Shown here: in pieces, positions 21,085 to 30,400 of the stretch
Numbering within the stretch: position 1 is the stretch's first letter
Layout: each line of letters opens with the position of its first letter
Assembly (NCBI GenBank): GCA_023150895.1
Contig: JAKLJY010000036.1
Location: forward strand, 429 to 64,428
Origin: Myxococcota bacterium
Lineage (GTDB): Bacteria; Myxococcota_A; Bradymonadia; UBA7976; UBA1532
Direction: 5' to 3'
Length of the DNA: 64,000 nt
Made by a program: the position numbers and the translations under genes
The notes under the pieces: generated by a model
Told to the model about the DNA's origin: nothing
The model's input: the letters and a program-made list of their open reading frames with translations, nothing else
Databases searched by the model: none

Positions 21085-22643
21085 GCGCCACCGCCGCGAT
21101 CGCACTCCTCGCCGCGCTCCAGGCGGTCGTCACCGGCGTTTCCCCCGACGGCGCCTACCTGAACCGCGGCAGCCTCGACGGCGTCCGCGTCGGCGATGCC
21201 GTGACGGTCGCCGGCCAGACGCTCACCATCGCCGAAGTCGGCCCGCACCGCGCGCGGACGAGCCCGATCGCCGATGCGCTTGCCCTTGCCCACAGCCTGC
21301 GCGCCGGCACGCACGCCGAGATCGGTGCGTCCGGTGTCGCCCCCGCGCCGGCCGCCGCCGCACCTGCGACGCCCCGGCCCGTCGCCCCGCAAGTCGATCC
21401 GGCGCAGGCACCGGTCTTGTGGGCCGCGGCCGAGGACGGCTGGCAGGCGCCCCGACCCTTCGCGGGCGCGGCGACGACGGCCACCGCGGCAGCCCCCGCG
21501 TCCCTTTGGCGCATTCGGGGCGATCTGTCGTTGACGACGTTCCACAGCGCTGCGCTGGACGGCAGCCGCGCGACGTCCGTCGGCACGCTCGGCTCCCGGC
21601 TGGCGGTGGAGCGGGAGGCGCTCCGGTACGAGCACGACGTCCGCTTCAACGGCGGCCTGCCCTTCGAGGTCGTCCGCGACACCCACCCCCTCGTCGAGGC
21701 CCGGCAGCTCGAACTCGGGTACTCGACGTCCGGTTTCGGCGCTCGGGGCGGTCGGTTGCGCACGGACGACCGCCTCTCGAGCGGCCCGGTGGATGGCGCG
21801 GCCCTTCGCCTTTCGGCACCGGGCGAGCGCCTCGACTACGGCGGCGAGCTTTACGGCGGCCTCGTCCCCGCGCCGGACACCCTCGCGCCGGACACCGCGC
21901 GCCGCACGGCCGGCCTCGGGGGCCGACTGGGTCTGCGCCGCGGCGGCTGGGCGTTCGAGACGACGGCGGGGGCCAACGCCATCGCCGGTGACGGCGGCCT
22001 CGAACGGGTCGTCGTCGGCCCGTCGCTCGACCTGCATGACGACACCTGGGCGTTCTCGGTCTTCACCGACGTGGATCTCCAGCCGACTCTTGTTTTCAGT
22101 CAGGTCCACGCCAGCGCGTTCTGGACGTGGTCGGCGCACGGGGACGTCGGGTTGCGGTACGGCCGGTTCGAAGCGCCCCTCTTCGGGCACGCTGCGGCCG
22201 GCGCGGCGCACGACGTGTGGATCGACGCTCGCTTCGACCTCGGCGCACCGGGCACCCTCTGGCCCCGGCTCGGCCTGCTGGTCGACCCCGAGGGTGAGAG
22301 CCTCGTGCCCGGGCTGGATTACCGCGTCGCCCTGACCCGCGCGCTCGACGCCCGCCTGGGCTACGACTACACGCGCGGGCCGCAGCAGGAGAGCCACCAG
22401 GGCCGCGGCACGCTGACGTGGCGCATCGACGGCGGGGTGCTCGCCGAGCTCGACGCGGGGGCGCGCGGGACGCTGGTCTATCCGGCCGCGGGACCCGCCG
22501 AGGACCTGGAGAAGACGGCCGAGCTCGGGGCCTGGCTGGCGCTGCCGGGCGACCTGGATCTGCATCTCCACGCCGAGGGCACGCTGGCCTGGCAGGATCG
22601 CCTGGTCGCCCTCGCCGATCTCCGCTGGCGGTTCGGGCCATGA
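21081..22643 (+). CDS. Putative outer-membrane beta-barrel (porin-like) protein
   Basis: No Cys or haem motifs. Many alternating-hydrophobicity strands: WAFETTAG, WAFSVFTDVDL, ASAFWTWSAHGDVGLRYGRF, LDYRVALTRALDARLGYDY and GAWLALPGDLDLHLHAEG. Ends in ..LADLRWRFGP. The N-terminal signal is weak. ATGA overlaps on both sides. Confidence 0.55.
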   Translation: MSATAAIALLAALQAVVTGVSPDGAYLNRGSLDGVRVGDAVTVAGQTLTIAEVGPHRARTSPIADALALAHSLRAGTHAEIGASGVAPAPAAAAPATPRPVAPQVDPAQAPVLWAAAEDGWQAPRPFAGAATTATAAAPASLWRIRGDLSLTTFHSAALDGSRATSVGTLGSRLAVEREALRYEHDVRFNGGLPFEVVRDTHPLVEARQLELGYSTSGFGARGGRLRTDDRLSSGPVDGAALRLSAPGERLDYGGELYGGLVPAPDTLAPDTARRTAGLGGRLGLRRGGWAFETTAGANAIAGDGGLERVVVGPSLDLHDDTWAFSVFTDVDLQPTLVFSQVHASAFWTWSAHGDVGLRYGRFEAPLFGHAAAGAAHDVWIDARFDLGAPGTLWPRLGLLVDPEGESLVPGLDYRVALTRALDARLGYDYTRGPQQESHQGRGTLTWRIDGGVLAELDAGARGTLVYPAAGPAEDLEKTAELGAWLALPGDLDLHLHAEGTLAWQDRLVALADLRWRFGP

Positions 22644-24040
22644 CGCGCTTCTACCTCTGGCTGGCCGCGACGGTCGGTCCCCTCGCACTCTTGTTCGTGT
22701 TCATCGAGTGGCGCATCCGCCGCCGCGAGCGCGAGAACCGCGAGGCGATGGCCCGGGCCGCGCGCCTCGGCCTCGACGAGCCGGTCTCGCTGCACCCGTA
22801 CATCGATCCCGACCGCTGCATCGGCTCGGGCGCCTGCGTCGCCGCCTGCCCGGAAAAGAAGATCATCGGCCTCGTGGGCGGACGCGCGCAGCTCATCCGG
22901 GCGGCCGAGTGTGTCGGACACGGCGCATGCGCCGCCGCCTGCCCGATGAAGGCGATTCAGCTCGTCTTCGGGACGGCGCGGCGCGGGGTGGACATTCCGC
23001 GGGTGTCTTCGAAGTTCGAGACGAACCTGCCCGGCGTCTTTCTGGCCGGCGAAGTGGGGGGCATGGGGCTCATCCGCAACGCCGTCGAACAGGGCCGGCA
23101 GGCCATGGCGGCCATCGTCGCGTCCCTCGCCGGTGTCGACCGAGGGGCCGCGACCGACGGCGGCGAGGTCCTCGACGTCCTGGTCGTCGGCGGCGGCCCG
23201 GCGGGCATCTCTGCGGCCCACCACGCGACCGACGCCGGCCTGTCCGTGCTCGTCTGCGAACAGGAGGACACGGGCGGGGCCATTCTGCACTACCCCCGGG
23301 CGAAGCTGGTGCTGACGCGCCCGCTGGAGATCGCCGGCCACGGCGTCCTCAAAGGTCCCCGGCTGTCCAAAGAGCAGCTGATGGACTTCTTCGACGAGGT
23401 CACGGCGGACCTGAACATTCGTCGACGGGCACGCGTCACCGGCGTCACCCGTCGCGACGACGGCGTATTCGCCGCGACGCTCGCCGACGATCCGCAACCG
23501 GTCCTCGCCCGGCGCGTGCTCGTGGCGGTCGGTCGGCGTGGCACGCCCCGCAAGCTCGGTGTGCCCGGCGAAGAGCAGGGCAAGATCGTCTACAAACTCA
23601 TCGAGCCCGAGCGCTACCGCGGACTCGACGTGCTGGTCGTCGGCGGCGGCAACTCGGCCGTCGAGAGCGCGCTGATGCTCGCCGAGGTCGGCGATACGCG
23701 CGTCACGCTGTCGTATCGGGGGGATGCGTTCAGCCGGGTCGCGGCGGAGACGCGGCCGAAGCTCGACGCCGCCGTCGCCGCGGGCCAGCTGCAGGTTTTG
23801 TTGAAGTCGACGGTGGAGCGCATCGACTTCGAACACGTCACGCTGCGGACGGCGGAGGGCCCCCTGACGCTGGCGAACCACGCGGTCATCGTTCAGGCCG
23901 GGGGCAACGCCCCGACGGAGTTCCTGCGCGCCATCGGCGTGCTGGTCGACGTCCATCACGGCATCCGGATCGTGCAGGACGCACAGGGCGCTGATCCGTC
24001 GCCGGGCGCCGACCGATCCCGACGGGCGGAACGACCGTAG
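22640..24040 (+). CDS. Membrane-anchored Fe-S (ferredoxin-like) plus FAD/NAD(P)-binding oxidoreductase
   Basis: N-terminal TM helix LWLAATVGPLALLFVFIEW. Two ferredoxin-like motifs, CIGSGACVAACP and CVGHGACAAACP. Two Rossmann dinucleotide motifs, VLVVGGGPAGISAA and VLVVGGGNSAVESA. Confidence 0.8.
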   Translation: MTRFYLWLAATVGPLALLFVFIEWRIRRRERENREAMARAARLGLDEPVSLHPYIDPDRCIGSGACVAACPEKKIIGLVGGRAQLIRAAECVGHGACAAACPMKAIQLVFGTARRGVDIPRVSSKFETNLPGVFLAGEVGGMGLIRNAVEQGRQAMAAIVASLAGVDRGAATDGGEVLDVLVVGGGPAGISAAHHATDAGLSVLVCEQEDTGGAILHYPRAKLVLTRPLEIAGHGVLKGPRLSKEQLMDFFDEVTADLNIRRRARVTGVTRRDDGVFAATLADDPQPVLARRVLVAVGRRGTPRKLGVPGEEQGKIVYKLIEPERYRGLDVLVVGGGNSAVESALMLAEVGDTRVTLSYRGDAFSRVAAETRPKLDAAVAAGQLQVLLKSTVERIDFEHVTLRTAEGPLTLANHAVIVQAGGNAPTEFLRAIGVLVDVHHGIRIVQDAQGADPSPGADRSRRAERP

Positions 24041-24051
24041 GAAGACAGACA

Positions 24052-25761
24052 ATGCACACACGTTTTCAGTTTTTTGGATGCCGTCGTTCTCCGATCACCG
24101 ACGTGCTGCGCATCGCCGTGCTGCTTCTGGCCGCTCTGCCGGGCTGCCGGACGACCGAGCACCGCGAGATGGTCAGCGCGCACGGCGCCAACGGCAGCAC
24201 CTGCGAGGACTGCCACCTCGGTGCGTTCCAGGCCGCCCTTTTCGACCACGCCTCGGTCGACTACGGCCGCGATTGCGCGACCTGCCACGCCGAGGACACC
24301 TGGCACCCGTTGCGCGTGCCGAATCACGACGCGTTCCGACCCCTTCGGGGCGCCCACGGCATCGCCGGCTGCGGCGCCTGCCATGCCGCCGGGCGGGCCG
24401 ATCCGCAACCGCAGACGTGCATCGGGTGTCATGCCGCCGACAAGGCGAGCGCCGTCCCCGATCACGCGGCCTACGCCGACACCTGCGAGGACTGTCACAC
24501 CGAGACCGCCTTCAAGCCGGCGACGTTCGATCACACGGACGCGTTCCCGCTGACCGGCCGCCACCTCGAGACGGCCTGCGCGAGTTGTCACCCGAACGAG
24601 CGCTACGAGGGCACCCCGACCCTCTGTGTCGGCTGCCACGCGGACGACCGCGACCACGCCCGACCCTCGCATACCGGCCTGCCGGAAGCGTGCGAAACGT
24701 GCCACACGACGGCCGCCTGGGCGCCGCCGACGTTCGACCACGAGGCGGCGTTCCCGTTGACGGGCAAGCACACGGTCGCGGCGTGCAGCAGTTGCCACGT
24801 GAATCAGGTCTTCGAGGGCACGCCGAGTCGCTGCGTGGATTGCCACCGCGACGTGCGGCCGGCGACGCACGAGGCCCTCGGGTACGGCGAGGGCTGCGAG
24901 GAGTGCCACAACACCGAGAACTGGGCCGCCAACACGGATCACAGCCTTTTCCCGCTCCTCGGCAAACACGCGGAGACGGCCTGCGCCGAGTGCCACCCGA
25001 ACCAGACCTATCTCGGAACGCCCCATGCCTGCGAGGCCTGCCATCTCGAGGACCGGCCCGCAACGCCGGACCACACGGGTTTCCCGACGGACTGCAGCCA
25101 ATGCCACGGCCCGGCGGCCTGGCGGCCGGCAGCCCCGGCGGATCACGACACCTTCTACCCGCTGACCGGCCGGCACGTCGGCCAGCCCTGCGAAGGTTGC
25201 CACTCCAACGGGCGGTACGCCGGGACGCCACGCGACTGCAACGGCTGCCATGCGGCAGACGCCGCCCGGGCGACGCCCCCCCACGCCGGCTTCGACACGA
25301 CCTGCACGGACTGCCACACGACCGCGGGCTGGACGGGGGCGCACTTCGTCCATGACTTCTTCCCCATCGAGGGCGCCCACACCCGCCTCGACTGCGCGCA
25401 GTGCCACGTCGGGGGCCGCTATGCGGGCACGCCGACGACCTGTGCCGGCTGTCACGCCGCCGACGCGACCGCGGCGAGTCCGTCGCACGTGGGCTTCCCG
25501 GACACCTGCACGACGTGTCACACCCAGAACGCCTGGTCGCCGGCGACTTACCGCCATCGGTTCCCGGTGCCGCACCGCGGCGTGTCCGCCTGTGGTGACT
25601 GCCACCTCGACCAGACCGACTTCGGCAACTTCTCGTGCATCGACTGTCACGAGCACCGCCGCGCCGAGACGGATCGCGAGCACCAGGGCGAGGTCGACGG
25701 CTATGCGTACGACAGCGCGGCCTGTTACCGCTGCCACGCCAACGGACGCGGCGACGACTAG
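24052..25761 (+). CDS. Multihaem c-type cytochrome lipoprotein with 23 CXXCH motifs
   Basis: Lipobox LLLAALPGC. 23 CXXCH motifs counted, with the doubled-CXXCH module architecture. Starts 11 nt after the preceding stop. Confidence 0.9.
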   Translation: MHTRFQFFGCRRSPITDVLRIAVLLLAALPGCRTTEHREMVSAHGANGSTCEDCHLGAFQAALFDHASVDYGRDCATCHAEDTWHPLRVPNHDAFRPLRGAHGIAGCGACHAAGRADPQPQTCIGCHAADKASAVPDHAAYADTCEDCHTETAFKPATFDHTDAFPLTGRHLETACASCHPNERYEGTPTLCVGCHADDRDHARPSHTGLPEACETCHTTAAWAPPTFDHEAAFPLTGKHTVAACSSCHVNQVFEGTPSRCVDCHRDVRPATHEALGYGEGCEECHNTENWAANTDHSLFPLLGKHAETACAECHPNQTYLGTPHACEACHLEDRPATPDHTGFPTDCSQCHGPAAWRPAAPADHDTFYPLTGRHVGQPCEGCHSNGRYAGTPRDCNGCHAADAARATPPHAGFDTTCTDCHTTAGWTGAHFVHDFFPIEGAHTRLDCAQCHVGGRYAGTPTTCAGCHAADATAASPSHVGFPDTCTTCHTQNAWSPATYRHRFPVPHRGVSACGDCHLDQTDFGNFSCIDCHEHRRAETDREHQGEVDGYAYDSAACYRCHANGRGDD

Positions 25762-25790
25762 CCGGGCGCGGGCCGTGATATCGTCCCGCC

Positions 25791-26330
25791 ATGGAATCGA
25801 CCCCGCCCCCCTCCCCGCCCCCATCGGCGCCGCCGTCTTCCGACCCTTCGCCCCCCCGCGTCGGGGTCGTCATGGGCAGCAAGAGTGATTGGGAGACCAT
25901 GCGGCACGCCGCCGAGGTGCTCGCCGCGTTCGACGTGCCGCACGAGTGCCGCGTCGTCTCGGCGCACCGGACGCCCGACGTCCTCGTCGAGTACGCTTCG
26001 CAGGCCGAAGCGCGGGGACTCGAGGTCATCGTCGCCGGGGCGGGTGGTGCGGCCCACCTGCCGGGCATGATCGCCGCCATGACGGTCGTACCGGTCCTGG
26101 GCGTGCCGGTGCAGTCCAAGGCACTCAGCGGGCTGGACTCGCTCTTGTCCATCGTGCAGATGCCCGGCGGCGTCCCCGTCGGCACGCTGGCCATCGGCCC
26201 GGCGGGGGCCCGCAACGCCGGCCTGTTGGCGGCTCAGATCCTGGCGCTGCACGACCCGACGCTGCGGGGCCGGCTGCGTGCGCATCGTCAGGCGGAGAAC
26301 GCCCGCGTTCGGGCCGAGACGTTGCCGTGA
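25791..26330 (+). CDS. purE: N5-carboxyaminoimidazole ribonucleotide mutase
   Basis: PurE core: [30 protein letters not shown] and [13 protein letters not shown]. An unusual Pro/Ser-rich stretch of about 22 aa precedes the core, so the start is uncertain. Confidence 0.9.
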   Translation: MESTPPPSPPPSAPPSSDPSPPRVGVVMGSKSDWETMRHAAEVLAAFDVPHECRVVSAHRTPDVLVEYASQAEARGLEVIVAGAGGAAHLPGMIAAMTVVPVLGVPVQSKALSGLDSLLSIVQMPGGVPVGTLAIGPAGARNAGLLAAQILALHDPTLRGRLRAHRQAENARVRAETLP

Positions 26331-27475
26331 CGGCGCCCGGCCTCCTCCTGCCCGGGTCCACCCTCGGGATTCTGGGCGCCGGGCAGTTGGGTCGCATGCT
26401 GGCCATGGCCGCCCGCCGATTGGGCTACCGCGTTGGCGTCTTCAGCCCCGAGCCGGATGCCCCGGCCGCGGCCGCGGCCGACTTCGCCGTGGTGGCGTCC
26501 TACGACGACGCCGCCGCAGTCTCGGCGTTCGCCGCGCGGGTCGACGTCGTGACGTTCGAGTTCGAGAACGTCCCGTCGAGCGTCGCCGAGACGGCCGGGC
26601 AGCGCGTCCCGGTGCGGCCGGCCGGGCGCGTGCTGCACACGACACAGCAACGCCTCCGCGAGAAGGCGCACTTGCGCGCCACCGGCCTGCCCGTCGCCGA
26701 CTTCGTGCCCGTCGACGACGCGCAGGCGCTCGTCCGCGGCGTGGCGGCCCTCGGCCTGCCGTGTGTCTTGAAGACGGCGGGCTTCGGTTACGACGGCAAG
26801 GGTCAGCGTAGACTCGACGCCGACGACCCGCAGACGCTTGCACACGCGTTCGAGGGCCTGCAGGGCGGTCCGGGGGTCCTCGAAGCCTGGGTGCCCTTCG
26901 AGCGAGAGCTGTCCGTGGTGGCGGCCCGGGGCCTCGACGGCGCGTTCGCGGCGTACCCGGTCTTCGAGAATCGCCACCGACATCACGTGCTGGACGTCAC
27001 CCTGGCGCCGGCGGAGATCCCCGGCCCCGTGGCGGACGCGGCCGTCGCACTCGCCCGCCGCGTTCTCGAGAGCCTCGACGTCGTCGGTCTGCTCTGTGTC
27101 GAGCTGTTTCAGTTGCCCGGCGGACGCTTGCTCATCAACGAGGTGGCACCGCGGACGCACAACTCGGGGCACCTCACCCTCGACGCGTCGGTCACGAGTC
27201 AGTTCGAGCAGCAGGTCCGGGCCGTCTGCGGGCTGCCACTCGGTTCAACCGACACACGCCCCGCGGCGATGGTGAACCTGCTCGGCGACCTCTGGGCCGA
27301 CGGCGAGCCCGACTGGCGGGCCGCGCTGGCGATGCCCGGGGTGCACCTGCACCTCTATGGCAAACGCGAGGCCCGACCCGGGCGCAAGATGGGCCACCTG
27401 ACCGTCGTGGGCGGGTCGGTCGCCGACGCCGCGCAGAGGGCCGTGGAGGCCCGCGCCCGGCTCACCGCCCGCTGA
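26327..27475 (+). CDS. purK: N5-carboxyaminoimidazole ribonucleotide synthase
   Basis: ATP-grasp PurK pattern: [45 protein letters not shown] and [11 protein letters not shown] start overlaps the purE stop (GTGA). Confidence 0.85.
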   Translation: MTAPGLLLPGSTLGILGAGQLGRMLAMAARRLGYRVGVFSPEPDAPAAAAADFAVVASYDDAAAVSAFAARVDVVTFEFENVPSSVAETAGQRVPVRPAGRVLHTTQQRLREKAHLRATGLPVADFVPVDDAQALVRGVAALGLPCVLKTAGFGYDGKGQRRLDADDPQTLAHAFEGLQGGPGVLEAWVPFERELSVVAARGLDGAFAAYPVFENRHRHHVLDVTLAPAEIPGPVADAAVALARRVLESLDVVGLLCVELFQLPGGRLLINEVAPRTHNSGHLTLDASVTSQFEQQVRAVCGLPLGSTDTRPAAMVNLLGDLWADGEPDWRAALAMPGVHLHLYGKREARPGRKMGHLTVVGGSVADAAQRAVEARARLTAR

Positions 27476-27481
27476 ACGGCG

Positions 27482-30400
27482 TCAGCGGCGGCGGCGACGA
27501 CGGACGAGCGGTGCGACGCCTGCGGCGAGGAGCCACCACGCGGCCGAGGACGCGCCGGTCCCGGGCGTGCGACAGGCGCAGCCGGCCACCGGATCGGCCT
27601 CCTGCTTGATGTTGCGGCTGGCGTCGGGGTTGGTCGACGGCTGCAGCGCGTCGGCGGTGTCGACGGTGCCGAAGTCGCCGAGGGTCGGGTCGACGGGGCG
27701 ACCCTGATCGGCCTCCGAGGGCCCGGCGTCGGGCCGGTAGTTGGGGTCGTCGACGGGTCCCCAGGCGCCGACACACTGCGCCGCGTCGCCGACGACTTCG
27801 CACCGCTCGGCGGGCGGACACACGATGCCGAAGCAGGCATCGTGGCCGCAGATGCCCTCTTCGCAGCGCTGCCCGTCGGTGCAGGTGATGCCCGCGCAGG
27901 GGTCCGCGCCGCATGCGCCCGCGGCACACGCCTGCCCGTCCGGACACTCGATGCCGGCACAGGGATCGTCGATGCAGGCGCCGTCGACGCAGCGCTGCTG
28001 GAAGGCACAGCTCACCGTGGCGCAGCTCGGCACGCACGCCCCGTCGCGGCAGAACTCGCCCTCGTTGCAGAAGAGGTCCGCGCACGGATCGGGCTGGCAG
28101 ATGAAGTCGACACAGCGCTCGCCCTCGGCGCACCCCGCCGCGTAACAGTCGGGCGCGACGCAGACACCGCCCGAGCAGACCTCGTCGGCGGCGCACGCGA
28201 CGCCCGCGCAGGGGTCGACGCACAGGCCGGCCTCACAGATCTGACCGAAGTCGCAGGTCATGAGATCGCAGGCCGAGACGCACAGGCCGTCGACGCACCG
28301 GAAGGTGTCGGCGCACTCGTTGTTCGCGCAGCGGTCGACGCAGCGGCCGTGGGCACAGGCCTGTCCCTCCGGACAGGGCGCATCGTCGTCGATGGTGCCA
28401 TTGCAGTCGTCGTCCTCGCCGTTGCAGGTCTCGGCGGGCACGTCGCCGCAGGTGCCGCACGCGTTGCGCAGGTCTTCGTCGATGACCCCGTCGCAGTCGT
28501 CGTCCTGAAGGTTGCACAGTTCGTCCGCCGGCTGCTCGTCCGGTGCGCAGATCTGCACGCCGCCTTCGCAGGCCGAAACGCCGCGTGCGCAGTCGCCCAC
28601 GCGCCCGGTCCCGCAGACCTCGCCAATCCCGACGACCCCGTCGTCGACGAGCGCATTGCAGTCGTTGTCGAGGCCATCGCACACCTCGGGGCTCGCCGGC
28701 GTCAGCGGAACGCAGATGACCGCCCCGCCCTCGCACGCGCGCTGACCGGCGCCGCAGACCCCCGGCAGGTCGGTCTGGCAGGGCTCGCCGATGCCGAGGC
28801 CCTCGTCCGCCGTGCCGTCGCAGTCGTTGTCGAGGCCATCGCAGATCTCGTCGCTCGGCATGCCGATGGGATCACACTGGACGGCGCCATTGCGGCACAT
28901 CGTGCGGCCATCGGCGCAGACCCCGCGGCGGCCCGTGTCGCAGCGCTGGTCGCCCTCGGGGTTGCCCTGGTCGATCTGGTCGTCGCAGTCGTCGTCGAGG
29001 CCATTGCAGAGCTCGGGCGTCGGCAGGCGGTCGGGCACGCACTCGACGTTGCCCTCGACGCAGTGGGTCAGGCCGGCGGCGCAGGTGCCGCCCAGGCCGG
29101 TGGCACAGGGCACGCCGCCCTGCGGGTCGTCCTCGTCGACCTGACCGTCGCAGTCATTGTCGACGGCGTCGCAGACCTCGGCCCCCGGCACGCCGACCTG
29201 CAGACAGAGCAAGCGGCCGGCGCGGCAGTCCGTCAGGCCCGCCGAACACGCGCCGGGCTCGCCGGTATCACAGTTCTGGCCGGCCTCGGGATTGTCCTCG
29301 TCGCTCTCGCCGTCGCAATCGTCGTCCCGGCCGTTGCAGATCTCCGCCCGGGCCTCACGGTCGCCGATGCACTGGACACGACCGTCGAGACAGACGGTCA
29401 GGCCGCCCGCGCACTCGCCGGGAATGCCGGTGTCGCACTGCACACCGCCGCCCGGATCACCTTCGTCCGTCGAATCGTCGCAATCGTTGTCGAGCCCGTC
29501 GCAGACCTCGTCGGCCGGGAAGAACTGCTGAACGCAGACGAGCGCACCGCCGCGGCAGACCGTCAGGCCGACGCCACACTGACCGATGAGCCCGGTGTCG
29601 CAGGCCTGCTGCTCGCCGAGGCCGCTCTCGTCGACTGCGCCGTTGCAGTCGTTGTCGACGCCGTCGCAGATCTCGGGACCGGAGGGGATGCAGATGACCG
29701 GGTCGCAGGCGTCGCCGATGCCATCGCGGTCGATGTCGCGCTGATCGGGGTTCGGCACGAGGCCGCAATTGTCGCAGGCGCTGCCGAAGGCGTCGCCGTC
29801 CGGATCGGCCTGGTCCCCATTGGCGACCTGGACGCAGTTGTCGCAGACGTCGCCGACCCCGTCGCCGTCCGAATCGGCCTGGTTCGGGTCGTTGCGCCCG
29901 GGGCAGTTGTCCTCGAAGTCGCAGATCTGGTCCTGGTCCGTGTCGACGCAACCGCCGCCCACGGAGCGCTCGAGGACGAGCAGGGCGTAGGCCTGACCGT
30001 CCCAGCTCACCCAGCTGCCGATGCCCTCGGGTCGCACGTAGCGTCCGCCGGCGTCCTGGTTCGAAATGAGGTAGTACGCATAGTCGAAGTACCAGCGGGC
30101 GGGCTCGAACGGCGACGCGTAGTAGCCCGGCCCTTCGCCCCCCAACGGCGGCGCGCGGCGGACCGCGGCGGGATCGGTGCGGACCTGGCGTTCGCCCCAG
30201 GCGGGGGCATCGCCGGGCAGAAGGAGCCCCACGTCGTCCGGCGAGATGTGCCCCGGCGCCGGCTGGACGCCGGAGTCATCGAGGAACGTGTACGCCTTGG
30301 ACGAGGACCACAGGTAGTAGAAGTAGGACTCCTGCCAGCTGTTGTAGTACGGGACCGTGGTCGTGAACTTGTAGTGGTTGCGCAGCCAGAGCAGGTAACC

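Noticed and set aside
22418-22639. N-terminal extensions of many track ORFs. Examples: 22418-, 20199-, 17423-, 12769-, 25889-, 35214-38300, 37535-38896.
   Set aside because: The extended parts overlap the preceding gene in another frame and translate to Arg/Pro-rich sequence. Convincing signal peptides or conserved N-termini, often with an ATGA/GTGA overlap or an SD-like motif, occur at internal starts.
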